Source of the DNA: Candidatus Latescibacterota bacterium
Lineage (GTDB): Bacteria; Latescibacterota; UBA2968; UBA8231
Length of the DNA stretch: 64,000 nucleotides
Assembly (NCBI GenBank): GCA_964291625.2
Contig: OZ220089.1
Span: forward strand, 3,200,001-3,264,000
Reading direction: 5' to 3'
In this document: positions 10,592 to 20,331 of the stretch, piece by piece
Numbering within the stretch: position 1 is the stretch's first letter
Layout: each line of letters opens with the position of its first letter
The notes under the pieces: generated by a model
Seen by the model: only the letters and a program-made list of their open reading frames with translations
Told to the model about the DNA's origin: nothing
Databases searched by the model: none
Made by a program: the position numbers and the translations under genes

Positions 10592-10865
10592 GCGAGATCG
10601 CATCTCTGTACTCTATCGCCTGAGTGTCCAATTGGCGAACAGTTGGTTCGGGAATCGCGGGCATCCGCTGGTTGTGGGAAGGTATGTGTTCGTGTGAACA
10701 GTGACCACCATTGGTCGTGCGCCAGGTCGCAGTCCGGAGATCGGGAGCGGATGGTGGGGCATGAGGGGAGGAATCGAGCCAGAGGCCACTGTACCCTGAC
10801 GGTCCTGCGGGCAGTTTCTTGCGGGCCGTTGGGGCCCGGGCCCGGGGAGGAGCCGAACTTGCCCG

Positions 10866-11069
10866 TTGCCATTTACCCGCCGCGTCGGTCTTCGGCTGTT
10901 CCACGAGCGGGCCATCGAGCAGACCGACGGCACGACGATGGACAACTTCAACACGGTCTTCGACTACGAGTTCACGCCGGAGAGCCACTTCTACCTGGTG
11001 CTCGTGCGCGATCACGATCGCACACGGGCCGCCTTCAGCAAGATCGCCTATCTCTTCGGCGTGATCTGA
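10866..11069 (+). pseudogene. Orphan C-terminal fragment of an outer-membrane beta-barrel (DUF5916-like) gene
   Basis: NFNTVFDYEFTPESHFYLV...FSKIAYLF resembles the C-terminus of 7196..9655 (NLVLRWEFRPGSTLFLV...VKGNWW); host-like codons, no convincing start. Confidence 0.45.
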
Positions 11070-11088
11070 CGGTCAGGGGGGCAAGCGG

Positions 11089-11541
11089 TCATGGCTCCTC
11101 GAGAGCGAAGTGGACCTCGCCGCCGAATCGGCCGTCCCGCCGATGGGTGACTCGAAAGCCGAACCGCTCGTAGAACCTGATGACGCCATCCCAGGTAGCA
11201 GTCGTTTCCAGGACGATGCGCCGGAATCCTGACTGCCTGGCCTCCTGGCAGAGCCGTGCGAGGATCTCCTTGCCGATCCCGTGCCGGCGAAACTTGGAAG
11301 CCACCGACATCCTGACGATCTCCGCGGTCCGATCCGACCGGGGGACCAGGGCACCACAGCCGACGATCCTGCCGTCGACCCGGGCCACCAGGAAGGTGGC
11401 ATCCCCGTAGCTTGCAGCTATGTCGAGGAGATCCGGATTGAGCGCCGGGTCCACTTCTCCCCAGTGCTCGGCGAGTCCGGCCAGGATCAGGCTCTGGACA
11501 GCCTGCTGGTCCTTGCTCTCGAAGGGCTCTATGGAGATCAG
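11089..11541 (-). CDS. GNAT N-acetyltransferase
   Basis: IVGCGAL, EIVRMSVASKFRRHGIG, FYERFGF. The frame stays open upstream of the called 11454 start (ISIEPFESKDQQAVQSLILAGLAEHWG); probable CTG start at 11541. Confidence 0.8.
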   Translation of the reverse strand: MISIEPFESKDQQAVQSLILAGLAEHWGEVDPALNPDLLDIAASYGDATFLVARVDGRIVGCGALVPRSDRTAEIVRMSVASKFRRHGIGKEILARLCQEARQSGFRRIVLETTATWDGVIRFYERFGFRVTHRRDGRFGGEVHFALEEP

Positions 11542-11604
11542 GACCGGTGCGCCATCAAGTGGAGTGCCGCGAAAGGCCCGCTGCCGAGGACCCGTCGACC
11601 GCCC

Positions 11605-13566
11605 TCAGTCCGGCTGCACCGCTGCCAGGACCTGCGACTCGCCGACCTGATCTCCGGCCGAGACCGCCACGGAGACGACGGTGCCGCTCACGGGCGAGGG
11701 CACGGGCACCTCCATCTTCATCGCCTCGATCATGACCACGGCGTCGCCGTCGCTGACCGCGGTTCCCGGCTCGGCGACGATGCGCACCACCTTGCCGGGC
11801 ATGTGCGACTCCACGGGTACGGTGCCGCCCGCGGTCTCGGTCGCGCCCGAAGGGGCGCTGGGTGCGGCGGGCCGGGCAGGACTCGCGCCGCTCTCCGCCG
11901 GGGCGGCCGGCGCCGCGGGTGCGCTCTCGGCGGCCGCGGGCTGGCCGCCTTCGTCGGCGCTCACGTCGTAGGTCTTGTCGCCAACCCTCACCTTGTCGCC
12001 ATCGACGACGACGGTGTAGGAGCGGCCCTCCACCTTGACCGAGTAGGACGCCGGACCTTCGGGGACGGGTGCGGGTGGGGGTGCTGATGGTGCGGGTTCG
12101 GGTGCCGGCGCGGGTGCGGGCGGCGCGGGCACGGGTGCCGCAGGGGCCGGCTCGGGCTCCGCGTCGTCGACCTTGCGGACCCCCAGTTCGGCCCCGCCCT
12201 TGAGGAAGGCGATCCCCTTGTCGCCGCAGGCGGCGGCGATGAAGATGTTCTCGTCCGTCGTCTCCAGCCCCTGTGCTCTCAGCCGCTTGCGCGCCGCTTC
12301 GACGCCCTTCTCGGGGTCGGCATCGTCCAGCTCCAGGGGCGGACGGTCGGTCGGCTGCAGACCCAGCTGCTCGCTGGCGCGGGCGACCACCTCGGGATCG
12401 GGCGGCACCGGGGTCTTGCCGAAGTAGCCCAGGACCATGCGGCCGTAGTCGTCGGCGATGCGCTCCCACGGGCCGAGCATGACGTTGTTGAAGGCCTGCT
12501 GGAAGTAGAACTGCGACACGGGCGTCACCGAGGTGCCGAAGCCGCCGCGCTCGACGACCTCGCCCATGGCGCGGATCATCTCGGGGTAGCGATCCATGAT
12601 GCCGTTGTCGCGCAGCATCTGGGTGTTGGCCGTCAGCGCCCCTCCGGGCATCGGGCTCCAGGGGATCATGGGCTCCACGGCCACCGCCTCGGGCGGCAGG
12701 TAGTAGTCGCGCATGCACTCCTTGAAGACCTCTTCCGCCTCCCGGACCTTGTCGACGTCGATGTCGAGGTCGTACTCGGTGTCGCGCAGGGCGTGCCACA
12801 TGACCAGCACGTCGGGCTGGCAGGTACCGCCCGAGACCGGCGCCAGGGAGAGGTCGATGGCGTCGGCGCCGGCGTCGAGGGCGGCGTTGTAGGCCTGCAC
12901 CGAGATGCCGGCGGTCTCGTGGGTGTGGAAGTGGATGAAGGTGCCCTCGGGCAGCAGCCGCCGGGCCTGCACGATCGTCTCGAAGACGGTGGCCGGCACC
13001 GCCGTGCCGGAGGCGTCCTTGAAGCAGACCGAGTCGAAGGGGATGTCGGCGTCGAGGATCCTGCGCAGGGTCTCGGTGTAGAAGGCCGGGTCGTGGGCGC
13101 CGCGGCACCCCGGCGGCAGGGCCATCATGGTGACGCAGACTTGGTGCTTGAGCCCCGCCTCGACGATGCAGCGGCCCGAGTGGATCAGGTTGTCCACGTC
13201 GTTGAGGGCGTCGAAGTTGCGGATCGTCGTCATGCCGTGGCGGGCGAAGAGGTCGGCGTGGAGCTTGATGATGTCGCTCGGCTGCGAGTCGAGGCCGACG
13301 ACGTTCACGCCCCGCGACAAGGTCTGCAGGTTCGCCTCCGGGCCGGCGGTCTCCCGGAAGGCGTCCATCATGTCGAAGGCGTCCTCGTTGCAGTAGAAGT
13401 AGAGGGACTGGAAGCGGGCCCCGCCGCCGGCCTCGAAGTAGTCGATGCCGGCCTCGCGGGCGGCCTCCAGGGCGGGGAGGAAATCGGGCGTGAGCACCCG
13501 CGCTCCGTACACGGACTGGAACCCGTCGCGGAAGGCGGTGCACATGAAGGTGACCTTCTTCGTCAT
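11605..13566 (-). CDS. oadA: Oxaloacetate decarboxylase alpha subunit (carboxyltransferase + biotinyl domain)
   Basis: FRDGFQS, RNFDALND, FKDASG, HFHTH, MPGGALT, Pro/Ala linker, biotin site EAMKM; next to beta and gamma subunits. Confidence 0.9.
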   Translation of the reverse strand: MTKKVTFMCTAFRDGFQSVYGARVLTPDFLPALEAAREAGIDYFEAGGGARFQSLYFYCNEDAFDMMDAFRETAGPEANLQTLSRGVNVVGLDSQPSDIIKLHADLFARHGMTTIRNFDALNDVDNLIHSGRCIVEAGLKHQVCVTMMALPPGCRGAHDPAFYTETLRRILDADIPFDSVCFKDASGTAVPATVFETIVQARRLLPEGTFIHFHTHETAGISVQAYNAALDAGADAIDLSLAPVSGGTCQPDVLVMWHALRDTEYDLDIDVDKVREAEEVFKECMRDYYLPPEAVAVEPMIPWSPMPGGALTANTQMLRDNGIMDRYPEMIRAMGEVVERGGFGTSVTPVSQFYFQQAFNNVMLGPWERIADDYGRMVLGYFGKTPVPPDPEVVARASEQLGLQPTDRPPLELDDADPEKGVEAARKRLRAQGLETTDENIFIAAACGDKGIAFLKGGAELGVRKVDDAEPEPAPAAPVPAPPAPAPAPEPAPSAPPPAPVPEGPASYSVKVEGRSYTVVVDGDKVRVGDKTYDVSADEGGQPAAAESAPAAPAAPAESGASPARPAAPSAPSGATETAGGTVPVESHMPGKVVRIVAEPGTAVSDGDAVVMIEAMKMEVPVPSPVSGTVVSVAVSAGDQVGESQVLAAVQPD

Positions 13567-13567
13567 A

Positions 13568-14695
13568 TCACTTCACCATGACCGACCACAGGATGCCGGC
13601 GCAGATGGCAGAGCCGATGACGCCGGCCACGTTCGGGGCCATGGCGTGCATCAGCAGGTGGTTGTGAGGATCCTCCTGGTGCCCCAGCATCTGCACCACG
13701 CGCGCCGAGTCGGGAACGGCCGACACGCCCGCGGCGCCGACGAGGGGGTTGATCTTGTTCTCGGTGAACAGGTTGAGGAACTTGGCGAAGAGCACCCCGC
13801 CGGCGGTGGCCATGGCGAAGGAGAGGGCGCCGAGGCCGAAGATCAGCACCGACTGGGGCGTGAGGAAGACCTGGGCCTGGGTGCTGGCCCCCACCGAGAA
13901 CCCCAGGAGGATGGTGACGGTGTCCACGAAGGCGTGGCGCGCCGTCTCCGCCAGGCGCTCGGTGACGCCGCTCTCCTTCAGCAGGTTGCCGAACATGAGC
14001 ATGCCCACCAGGGCCAGGGAGCCGGGGGCGATGACGGCGGCGATGAGGAAGGCGGCGATGGGGAAGACGATGCGCTCCCGGCGCGACACCTGGCGCGGCG
14101 TCGGCATGCGGATGAGGCGCTCCTTGCGCGTTGTCAGCAGGCGCATGACCGGCGGCTGGATGACCGGCACCAGGGCCATGTAGGAGTAGGCGGCGATGGC
14201 GATGGCGCTGATCAGGTGCGGGGCGAGCTTGGCGGAGAGGAAGATCGCCGTGGGGCCGTCGGCGCCGCCGATGATGCCGATGGCGCCGGCTTCCTCGGGG
14301 GTGAAGCCGAGGTAGAGGGCGCCGATGAGGGTGAGGAAGATGCCCATCTGGGCGGCGGCGCCGAGGAGCACCAGCCGCGGGTTGGAGAGCATGGTGGAGA
14401 AGTCGGTCATGGCGCCGATGCCGAGGAAGATCAGGGGCGGGTAGACGCCATGGCTGACGCCGAAGTAGAGGTAGTAGAGAACGCTGCCCTCGTCGTAGAC
14501 ACCGACGTCCATGCTCGGGATCGCGGCGATGTTGCCGACGATGGCGCCGAAGCCGATGGGCAGCAGCAGCAGGGGCTCGTAGTCCTTGGTGATGGCCAGG
14601 GTGATGAAGACCAGGCCGATCACGACCATGAGGACGTTGCCCCAGGTCATGGTGGCGAACCCCGTGGTGCCGAGGAACTCGAAGAGGACGCTCAT
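13568..14695 (-). CDS. oadB: Na+-transporting decarboxylase beta subunit
   Basis: YEPLLLLPIGFG, LLGAAAQMGIF, IGIIGGADGPTAIF, GVSAVPDSARV, HAMAPNVAGVIGS. Confidence 0.95.
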   Translation of the reverse strand: MSVLFEFLGTTGFATMTWGNVLMVVIGLVFITLAITKDYEPLLLLPIGFGAIVGNIAAIPSMDVGVYDEGSVLYYLYFGVSHGVYPPLIFLGIGAMTDFSTMLSNPRLVLLGAAAQMGIFLTLIGALYLGFTPEEAGAIGIIGGADGPTAIFLSAKLAPHLISAIAIAAYSYMALVPVIQPPVMRLLTTRKERLIRMPTPRQVSRRERIVFPIAAFLIAAVIAPGSLALVGMLMFGNLLKESGVTERLAETARHAFVDTVTILLGFSVGASTQAQVFLTPQSVLIFGLGALSFAMATAGGVLFAKFLNLFTENKINPLVGAAGVSAVPDSARVVQMLGHQEDPHNHLLMHAMAPNVAGVIGSAICAGILWSVMVK

Positions 14696-14705
14696 GGCGC
14701 CAGCG

Positions 14706-14963
14706 TCAGGCCCGGGTCCGGGTGTAGGCCCAGGCGGCGGCGGCGACGGCGGCCGGATCCTCGCGCGGCGTCTCGACCCGGCGGGGCGCGTGGTGCTCCG
14801 TTTCCGGGAACCGCCTGGCCACCGTCGCCAGGATGCGGGGCAGCAGGGTGATGAAGAGGCTGATGAGGAGCAGCGCCGTGAAGACGATGATCATGCCCGC
14901 CAGGGCGATGGGCAGGCCCTGGCCGTCGACGATGCGCTGGAGTCCGAGGTCGAAATCAGACAT
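14706..14963 (-). CDS. oadG: Decarboxylase gamma subunit (OadG family)
   Basis: Single TM (GMIIVFTALLLISLFI), VAAAA tail, first gene of the operon. Confidence 0.85.
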   Translation of the reverse strand: MSDFDLGLQRIVDGQGLPIALAGMIIVFTALLLISLFITLLPRILATVARRFPETEHHAPRRVETPREDPAAVAAAAWAYTRTRA

Positions 14964-15039
14964 AGATTACCAAGTGTCGCGTACAGGCAGCGGCTCCGCC
15001 AGAGGTAGCGGAGGGCGCCCTTGAGGAGAGGAGTCACCG

Positions 15040-16569
15040 ATGGAGGAACGGAAGCTGACGGAGGAAGAGCGCTACCAGCTCGAGGTGGGCGGATACCTGA
15101 TCCTGCCCGGGGTTCTGACCTCGGCGGAGCTGACCGCCTGCAACCAGGCCCTGGACCGCCTCGGGCCCGTGGAGGGCCCCCTGCGCTGGTCGCAGCCGCT
15201 CGGCGCGGCGCTGCTGGCCCTGCGCCACCACCCGGTGCTGACCGGCTACCTCGAGAAGATCTGCGGCCAGTTCCGCATCGACGAGTCTCCCCGCCTCCTC
15301 GGGGCGGGGGCCGCGGCCAACGGCACCGCCCTGACCGGCGGCGGCGAGCCCCTCGACTGGTCGCGGGCCTACGGCGAGCGGCAGGAGTCCTGCAGCCGCG
15401 CCGTGCGCGTCGTCTGGGCCCTGGCCGACGCCGCGGAGGGCGACGGCGGCCTGGTGGTCGTGCCCGCCAGCCACACGAGCACCGTGGAGCCGCCGCGGGA
15501 CCTGGTGAGCGGGGCCGACGACATGGGCTTGGTGAGGCAGCCGGCGCTGCGGGCCGGCGATCTGATGATCCACGCCGCGTCGCTGCTGACCGGCCTGCGC
15601 CCCTGGCGGGGGCGGGGACCGCAGCGGCTGCTCTCCTGCGGCTACCTGAGCACCAACGTGCGGCCCTCGGCCGAGTCCGAGATCCGCGGCGAGGACGACG
15701 GCGACGAGGAGTGGCGGGCGAGCCTGACGCCGGAGCAGCGCGCCGTGGTCCACAACCCGAACCGCCCCTACCCGCCGCCGGTGGTCATGTCCGACGGCGA
15801 GCGCGCCTGGCTCGAGGAGGAGGGAGGTGTCCACCATCCCTCCATCTTCACCCGGGACGCCGACTGCGGCATCGACGAGAAGGAGTTCTACTACTGGGAC
15901 CTGTGCGGCCACCTCGTGCTGCCCGGGGTGATGGACGCCGAGTGGCTGGCCGCCGCCAACCAGGCGGTCGACGCCCATGCCAACCCCAGTCCGAAGAAGG
16001 GCGGCTCGGCGGCCGGGCACTCGAAGCGGCTGGCCGGGACCGGCGGCCACCGGTCGTCCCTGGGCAACCCCTGGAAGCTGCCGGCCCCCCACGGCGAGCC
16101 GTTCCAGCGCATGATCGCCGACCCCGCCCTGGTGCAGCGGCTCAACTGGATGATGGGCAGCGGCTACGAGGCCACCCTCTGCACCAGCTTCCTCTTCGGC
16201 AAGGGTTCCTCCGGGCACCTGCTGCACGCCGGCGGCGGGCCGCCGCGGGTGGGGGCCCACTACCGGCAGCAGAACGGCCGCGTCTACGCCGAGTTCGTCA
16301 ACGTCGCCTGGCAGTTGCGCGACGTGACCGCCGCCGACGGCGGCTTCGTCTGCATCCCCGGCAGCCACAAGACCCGCTACCGGGCCCCCGATTGCGTGCT
16401 CACCTGCGAGGACGAGTTGGGGCTGGTGCGCCACGTGGAGGCCAGGGCGGGAGACGTGGTGCTGTTCCTGGCCTCGGCCCAGACCCACGGCGCCTACCCC
16501 TGGACGGGAGAGCAGGACCGCCGCGCCATCTTCTTCCAGTACAAGTCGCGGAGCCTGTACGCCCCTTGA
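15040..16569 (+). CDS. Tandem-domain phytanoyl-CoA dioxygenase (PhyH) family protein
   Basis: Two repeats of Y..(E/D)L.G(Y/H)L.LPGV ... W.L.D....DGG.V..P.SH ... AGD; GAGGAG-like RBS. Confidence 0.85.
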   Translation: MEERKLTEEERYQLEVGGYLILPGVLTSAELTACNQALDRLGPVEGPLRWSQPLGAALLALRHHPVLTGYLEKICGQFRIDESPRLLGAGAAANGTALTGGGEPLDWSRAYGERQESCSRAVRVVWALADAAEGDGGLVVVPASHTSTVEPPRDLVSGADDMGLVRQPALRAGDLMIHAASLLTGLRPWRGRGPQRLLSCGYLSTNVRPSAESEIRGEDDGDEEWRASLTPEQRAVVHNPNRPYPPPVVMSDGERAWLEEEGGVHHPSIFTRDADCGIDEKEFYYWDLCGHLVLPGVMDAEWLAAANQAVDAHANPSPKKGGSAAGHSKRLAGTGGHRSSLGNPWKLPAPHGEPFQRMIADPALVQRLNWMMGSGYEATLCTSFLFGKGSSGHLLHAGGGPPRVGAHYRQQNGRVYAEFVNVAWQLRDVTAADGGFVCIPGSHKTRYRAPDCVLTCEDELGLVRHVEARAGDVVLFLASAQTHGAYPWTGEQDRRAIFFQYKSRSLYAP

Positions 16570-16577
16570 CGCGGGCG

Positions 16578-17717
16578 GTGAGCTACGCCGAGCCCCGGGT
16601 GGAGCGGGACGGCGGGACCGGCTGGAACGGCGGGACCGGCTGGAAGGTGGAGATCCTCCACCGGGGGGAGTCGATCTCGAGGCTGTGGATCACCGGCCGG
16701 CGCATGCGCATCGGCGCCGCCGTGGTCCGCGCCGGGGGGATCGCCGGCGTCGGCACGGACCCCGCCCACCGCCGGCGCGGCCTGGCCCTGCGCGTCCTGC
16801 GGCGGTCGCTGCGGCTGATGGCCGAGGAAGGCTGCGAGACCTCCCTCCTCTTCGGCATCGAGGACTTCTACCACCGCGCCGGCTTCGCCACCTGCATGCC
16901 GGAGCACGGCCTGTCCCTGGCGGCGGCCGACGCCGGGCGCGCCGTCTCGCCGCTGAAGACGCGGCCCATGGGCCCGGAGGACCTACCCGCCGTGCGCCGG
17001 CTCTACGCGACCGCCAACGTCGCGCGCACCGCCTCGGTGGTGCGCGGCCGGGGTTGGCGGGAGTTCCCCATGGGATCGGGGTTCAGCGTGAGGGGGCTGG
17101 CGCGCGTAGTGCATCCCGGCGGGTCGCCCCGGCGCCTGCTCGGCTACTTCCTCCACGACGACAAGCCCGACCGCAGCCGTCTCGCCGAGGTCGCGGGCCG
17201 GAGCGCCGAGGCGCACGCCGCGATCCTGGGGTTCCTGGCGCGCCGGGCCAGGGCCCTGCGGCTCGAGCGGGTCTCGGCCAGCGTGCCGGTGGACCACCCC
17301 TTCGCCCTCTACTGCCGCGGGTTCGGCGCCCGCGACGAGACCGTCTATCCCCGCAACGCCGGTCCCATGGGCCGCATCATCGACCTGCCGCGGTTCGCCG
17401 CGGCCATGGTCCCGGAGTGGGAGCGGAGGTGGCCGGCGGACGGCCCGGAGGGGATCGCGCTGCAGACGGACCTGGGCGCCGTGGCCCTGCGCCGCCGCCG
17501 CGACGGGCGGCTGGAGGCGGGAGGTCGGCTCCCGGAGGTCGGGCCCCGACTGCGGGTCCCCGATCAGGCGGTGCTCTTGCAGCTGGCCATGGGTTACCGA
17601 AGCGCCGACGACGCCGCGGCGGCGGGGCTGCTGCGCGGCTCCCGGGAGGCGCTCGAGGTGGCCCGACGACTCTTCCCGCTGCGGGTGGCCCACATGTGGT
17701 GGCCCGACCGGTTCTAG
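16578..17717 (+). CDS. Eis-like GNAT acetyltransferase
   Basis: GGIAGVGTDPAHRRRGLA, SLLFGIEDFYHRAGF, C-terminal SCP2-like LQLAMGYRS...W.PDRF. GTG start at 16578; the upstream part of ORF 15021..17717 is spurious. Confidence 0.8.
   Translation: MSYAEPRVERDGGTGWNGGTGWKVEILHRGESISRLWITGRRMRIGAAVVRAGGIAGVGTDPAHRRRGLALRVLRRSLRLMAEEGCETSLLFGIEDFYHRAGFATCMPEHGLSLAAADAGRAVSPLKTRPMGPEDLPAVRRLYATANVARTASVVRGRGWREFPMGSGFSVRGLARVVHPGGSPRRLLGYFLHDDKPDRSRLAEVAGRSAEAHAAILGFLARRARALRLERVSASVPVDHPFALYCRGFGARDETVYPRNAGPMGRIIDLPRFAAAMVPEWERRWPADGPEGIALQTDLGAVALRRRRDGRLEAGGRLPEVGPRLRVPDQAVLLQLAMGYRSADDAAAAGLLRGSREALEVARRLFPLRVAHMWWPDRF
16609..16644. repeat. Perfect 18-bp tandem duplication (acggcgggaccggctgga x2)
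   Basis: Encodes DGGTGW-NGGTGW in the GNAT N-terminus. Confidence 0.9.
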
Positions 17718-17865
17718 CGTCTGCCCGCGCAGTCCCGCCTGAACTCCTTCGCCGATTCAGCCCGGCTCGCGGCCTTGCGCTTTGGCGGGTCTCCTGCCAG
17801 CTCCGCCGCGCGCCCTGCGCGCCAGGCGCCTCGACGCCCTCGTTCGAGCCCGATCCCGGGCGTGG

Positions 17866-18858
17866 TCACTCCTCCAGCCGGTAGACCCTCGAGGCGGTGC
17901 CGCGGAAGAGGGCGTCCTTGTCGTCGGCGGAGAACCCCGCGGCGATGCGCTTGAAGGCGTTCCAGAGCACCGGGTAGGAGACCGAGACCTTGTCCACGGG
18001 GAAGTTGCTCTCGAACATGCAGCGCTCCGGGCCGAAGCTCTCGATGGCGTGCAGGCACCAGGGCCGGTCGGCCTCGGCCAGCTCCTCCGAGCCGGGCGGC
18101 CGGTCGCGCTCGTGCCAGCCGAAGCCGTTCAGCGGCATGGCGATGCCGCCGACCTTGACGTTCACGTTCGGGCAGCGGCTCAGGCTGTCCATGTGGCCGC
18201 GCCAGACCTCGAAGACCTCCTGGCGGCGGCCCTCGTAGGGGCCGGTCCCCAGGGGCCCGCCGAGATGGTCGAGGACGATGGTGGTCCCGGGGAAGGCGCG
18301 GGCCAGGTCCTCCAGTTCCGGGATCTGGGAGTGGTAGATCCAGGCGTCGAAGCTCAGCCCGAGCGGACCGAGCCGGGCGAAGCCCTCGCGGAAGGCGGGG
18401 TCCAGGTAGCGGCCGCCCCCCTGCGCCGAGCGACTCAGCCCCCGGTCCCAGCTGGCCGAGTGGCGGATGCCGCGAAAGAGGGGGCTGGCCTCCAGGTGGG
18501 CGTGGAGGACCTCCTCCGCGCCGGCGCCCCGCAGCAGGTCGGCGTGGCCGACGATCGCCCCCACCCGGGCCGCGCCCTCGGGGCCGGCGGCGGTCTGCGC
18601 GGCCAGGCCGGCGACGAAGCGGGTCTCGCCCACGGGCCGCAGCGCCTCAGGGCCCTCCCGCAGGTACTCGGCGCGGCACTCGAGGAAGACGGTCCGCTCC
18701 ACCCGGTGCCCGGCGCCGGTGTCGGCCCACAGGTCGTCGAGCAGGTAGCGGCCGAAGCCGCTCTCCACCCAGAAGTGGTGGTGGGGGTCGACGATCGGCA
18801 GATCCGGCTCGAGGATCTCTTCCTGTACCTGGGCGAGCCAGTCGGGTCGGGGTTCCAT
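17866..18858 (-). CDS. Amidohydrolase_2 family protein
   Basis: LPIVDPHHHFW, FRGIRH, VLDHLGGP, CMFESNFPVDK; ATG at 18858. Confidence 0.9.
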   Translation of the reverse strand: MEPRPDWLAQVQEEILEPDLPIVDPHHHFWVESGFGRYLLDDLWADTGAGHRVERTVFLECRAEYLREGPEALRPVGETRFVAGLAAQTAAGPEGAARVGAIVGHADLLRGAGAEEVLHAHLEASPLFRGIRHSASWDRGLSRSAQGGGRYLDPAFREGFARLGPLGLSFDAWIYHSQIPELEDLARAFPGTTIVLDHLGGPLGTGPYEGRRQEVFEVWRGHMDSLSRCPNVNVKVGGIAMPLNGFGWHERDRPPGSEELAEADRPWCLHAIESFGPERCMFESNFPVDKVSVSYPVLWNAFKRIAAGFSADDKDALFRGTASRVYRLEE

Positions 18859-18944
18859 GGCTGAGTTCTCCGGGGGTTCAAGGGTGGATCCGCAGGTCCC
18901 GCATCCGCCAGGAGGCGCGGCCTGCGGCGGCGCCGCTGGCGCCG

Positions 18945-20324
18945 TCACGCATAGAGCTCTTCCAGGGCGTGGACTCTCACCGGCGCGGGCGCGGCGCGCC
19001 TCTTCACCTTCCCGCGCGTGAACAGCCGGCCCTGGATCGTCGCTCCACGCTGGTTGGGGTACGAGTCGATCTTCTTCTGCAGCTCGGCGGCCAGGGCTCG
19101 CGGTGAGCGCACGGTTCCCCACTTGCACTCTCCGATGTCGGTGCGGTTGTCCTGCCGCAGGCCGACGACGTCGATCTGTGTCTGCTTGTCCCAGTACTCG
19201 CCGATCTCCCAGGCGGCGCCCACGCCCTCCCGCTCGTAGAGGAGAGGGAGCGCCTCGCGGCAGAGGCGCTCGAAGCAGGCCCCGAAGTAGCTCTCGAGAT
19301 CGGGCTTGATCAGCTCCTGAAACGAACGCCGGGGGCCCATCTGGGCGATGAATCCGAGGTGCGGGTAGACGAAGCGGAACCAGAACCGGAGCAGCGGATC
19401 GTCGAGGGCGAAGCGCACGTTCCTGGCCACGGGCCGGCGGCCGGTCACCGGATAGCGGCGGGAGACGTACCCGAGCTCGGTCAACTGCTGCAGATAGTAG
19501 TGCAGGCTCCTCTCGGGGAGGCCGGTCTGCCGGGCGATGGCGGCGGAGGCGCGCGACCCGGAGGAGAGGGCGACGAGGATGGCGTGGTAGTTGGCGACTT
19601 CCCGGAGCTCCTCGCGCAGGAGGAAGTCGGGCTCGCGGTAGAGCGGCGCGAACTCGCTCAGGAGATTGCTCTCGATGTTGGAGCGGATGGAGTCGGACGG
19701 CGAGAACAAGCGCAGGTAGAGGGGAACGCCGCCGCAGACGAAGTACGCCTGGGCCCGGTCGGCCGCGGACCAGCCGGGATGGAACAGGGCCGCCTCGCGG
19801 AAGGAGAAGGGCTTCAGCGGGATCTGCGCCGTGCGCCGCCCGAAGAGGGGACTCTTCTCGCCGAGGACCTCCCTTTCCATGAAGCCGATGAAGGAGCCGC
19901 AGAGAATCAGCAGCACGTCGCCCCGTTGCTTCCACGACCTGTCCAGCTGCTCCTGCAGGATCGACGGAAGCTCGGGACTGGCCTGGGCCGTCCACTGAAA
20001 CTCGTCGAAGGCCAGGACGATCCGGTCCGTGCCGCTCTTCTGGCTGAGGACGGTGCCGAGGGCCGTCCCCCAGTCCGCGGCCGACACGGAGGCGAGGAGT
20101 GGCTGCCCCAGGGCCCGTGCCGCCGTCTCCATGAAGGCGCGAATCTGGAGCTGGGGGGGCGCCTTCTTGCCGAGGAAGTAGAGAGCCGGCTTGTCGCGGA
20201 TGAAGTGAAGGATGAGCTCGCTCTTGCCCACCCGGCGGCGCCCGTAGACGGGGATGAATTCGGTGCGGCTGGACCGGTAGGCCCCCTCCAGTACTTGCAG
20301 CTCCGCCTGGCGGCCGATGAACAT
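18945..20324 (-). CDS. AAA ATPase-wHTH-DUF234 (PD-(D/E)xK-like) protein
   Basis: FIGRQAEL, YGRRRVGKS, AFDEFQ, SPLFGRRT, GGVPLYL, DPLLRFWFRF, QIDVV...IGECKW. Confidence 0.9.
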   Translation of the reverse strand: MFIGRQAELQVLEGAYRSSRTEFIPVYGRRRVGKSELILHFIRDKPALYFLGKKAPPQLQIRAFMETAARALGQPLLASVSAADWGTALGTVLSQKSGTDRIVLAFDEFQWTAQASPELPSILQEQLDRSWKQRGDVLLILCGSFIGFMEREVLGEKSPLFGRRTAQIPLKPFSFREAALFHPGWSAADRAQAYFVCGGVPLYLRLFSPSDSIRSNIESNLLSEFAPLYREPDFLLREELREVANYHAILVALSSGSRASAAIARQTGLPERSLHYYLQQLTELGYVSRRYPVTGRRPVARNVRFALDDPLLRFWFRFVYPHLGFIAQMGPRRSFQELIKPDLESYFGACFERLCREALPLLYEREGVGAAWEIGEYWDKQTQIDVVGLRQDNRTDIGECKWGTVRSPRALAAELQKKIDSYPNQRGATIQGRLFTRGKVKRRAAPAPVRVHALEELYA

Positions 20325-20331
20325 GTGGCGA

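Noticed and set aside
9740-11560. Integron cassette array
   Set aside because: No recurring attC (RYYYAAC...GTTRRRY) structure, mixed orientations, no integrase.
17718-17865. GC-rich hairpins between convergent genes as a REP/MITE or terminator
   Set aside because: No second copy found in the window and no U-tract; cannot be separated from chance pairing.
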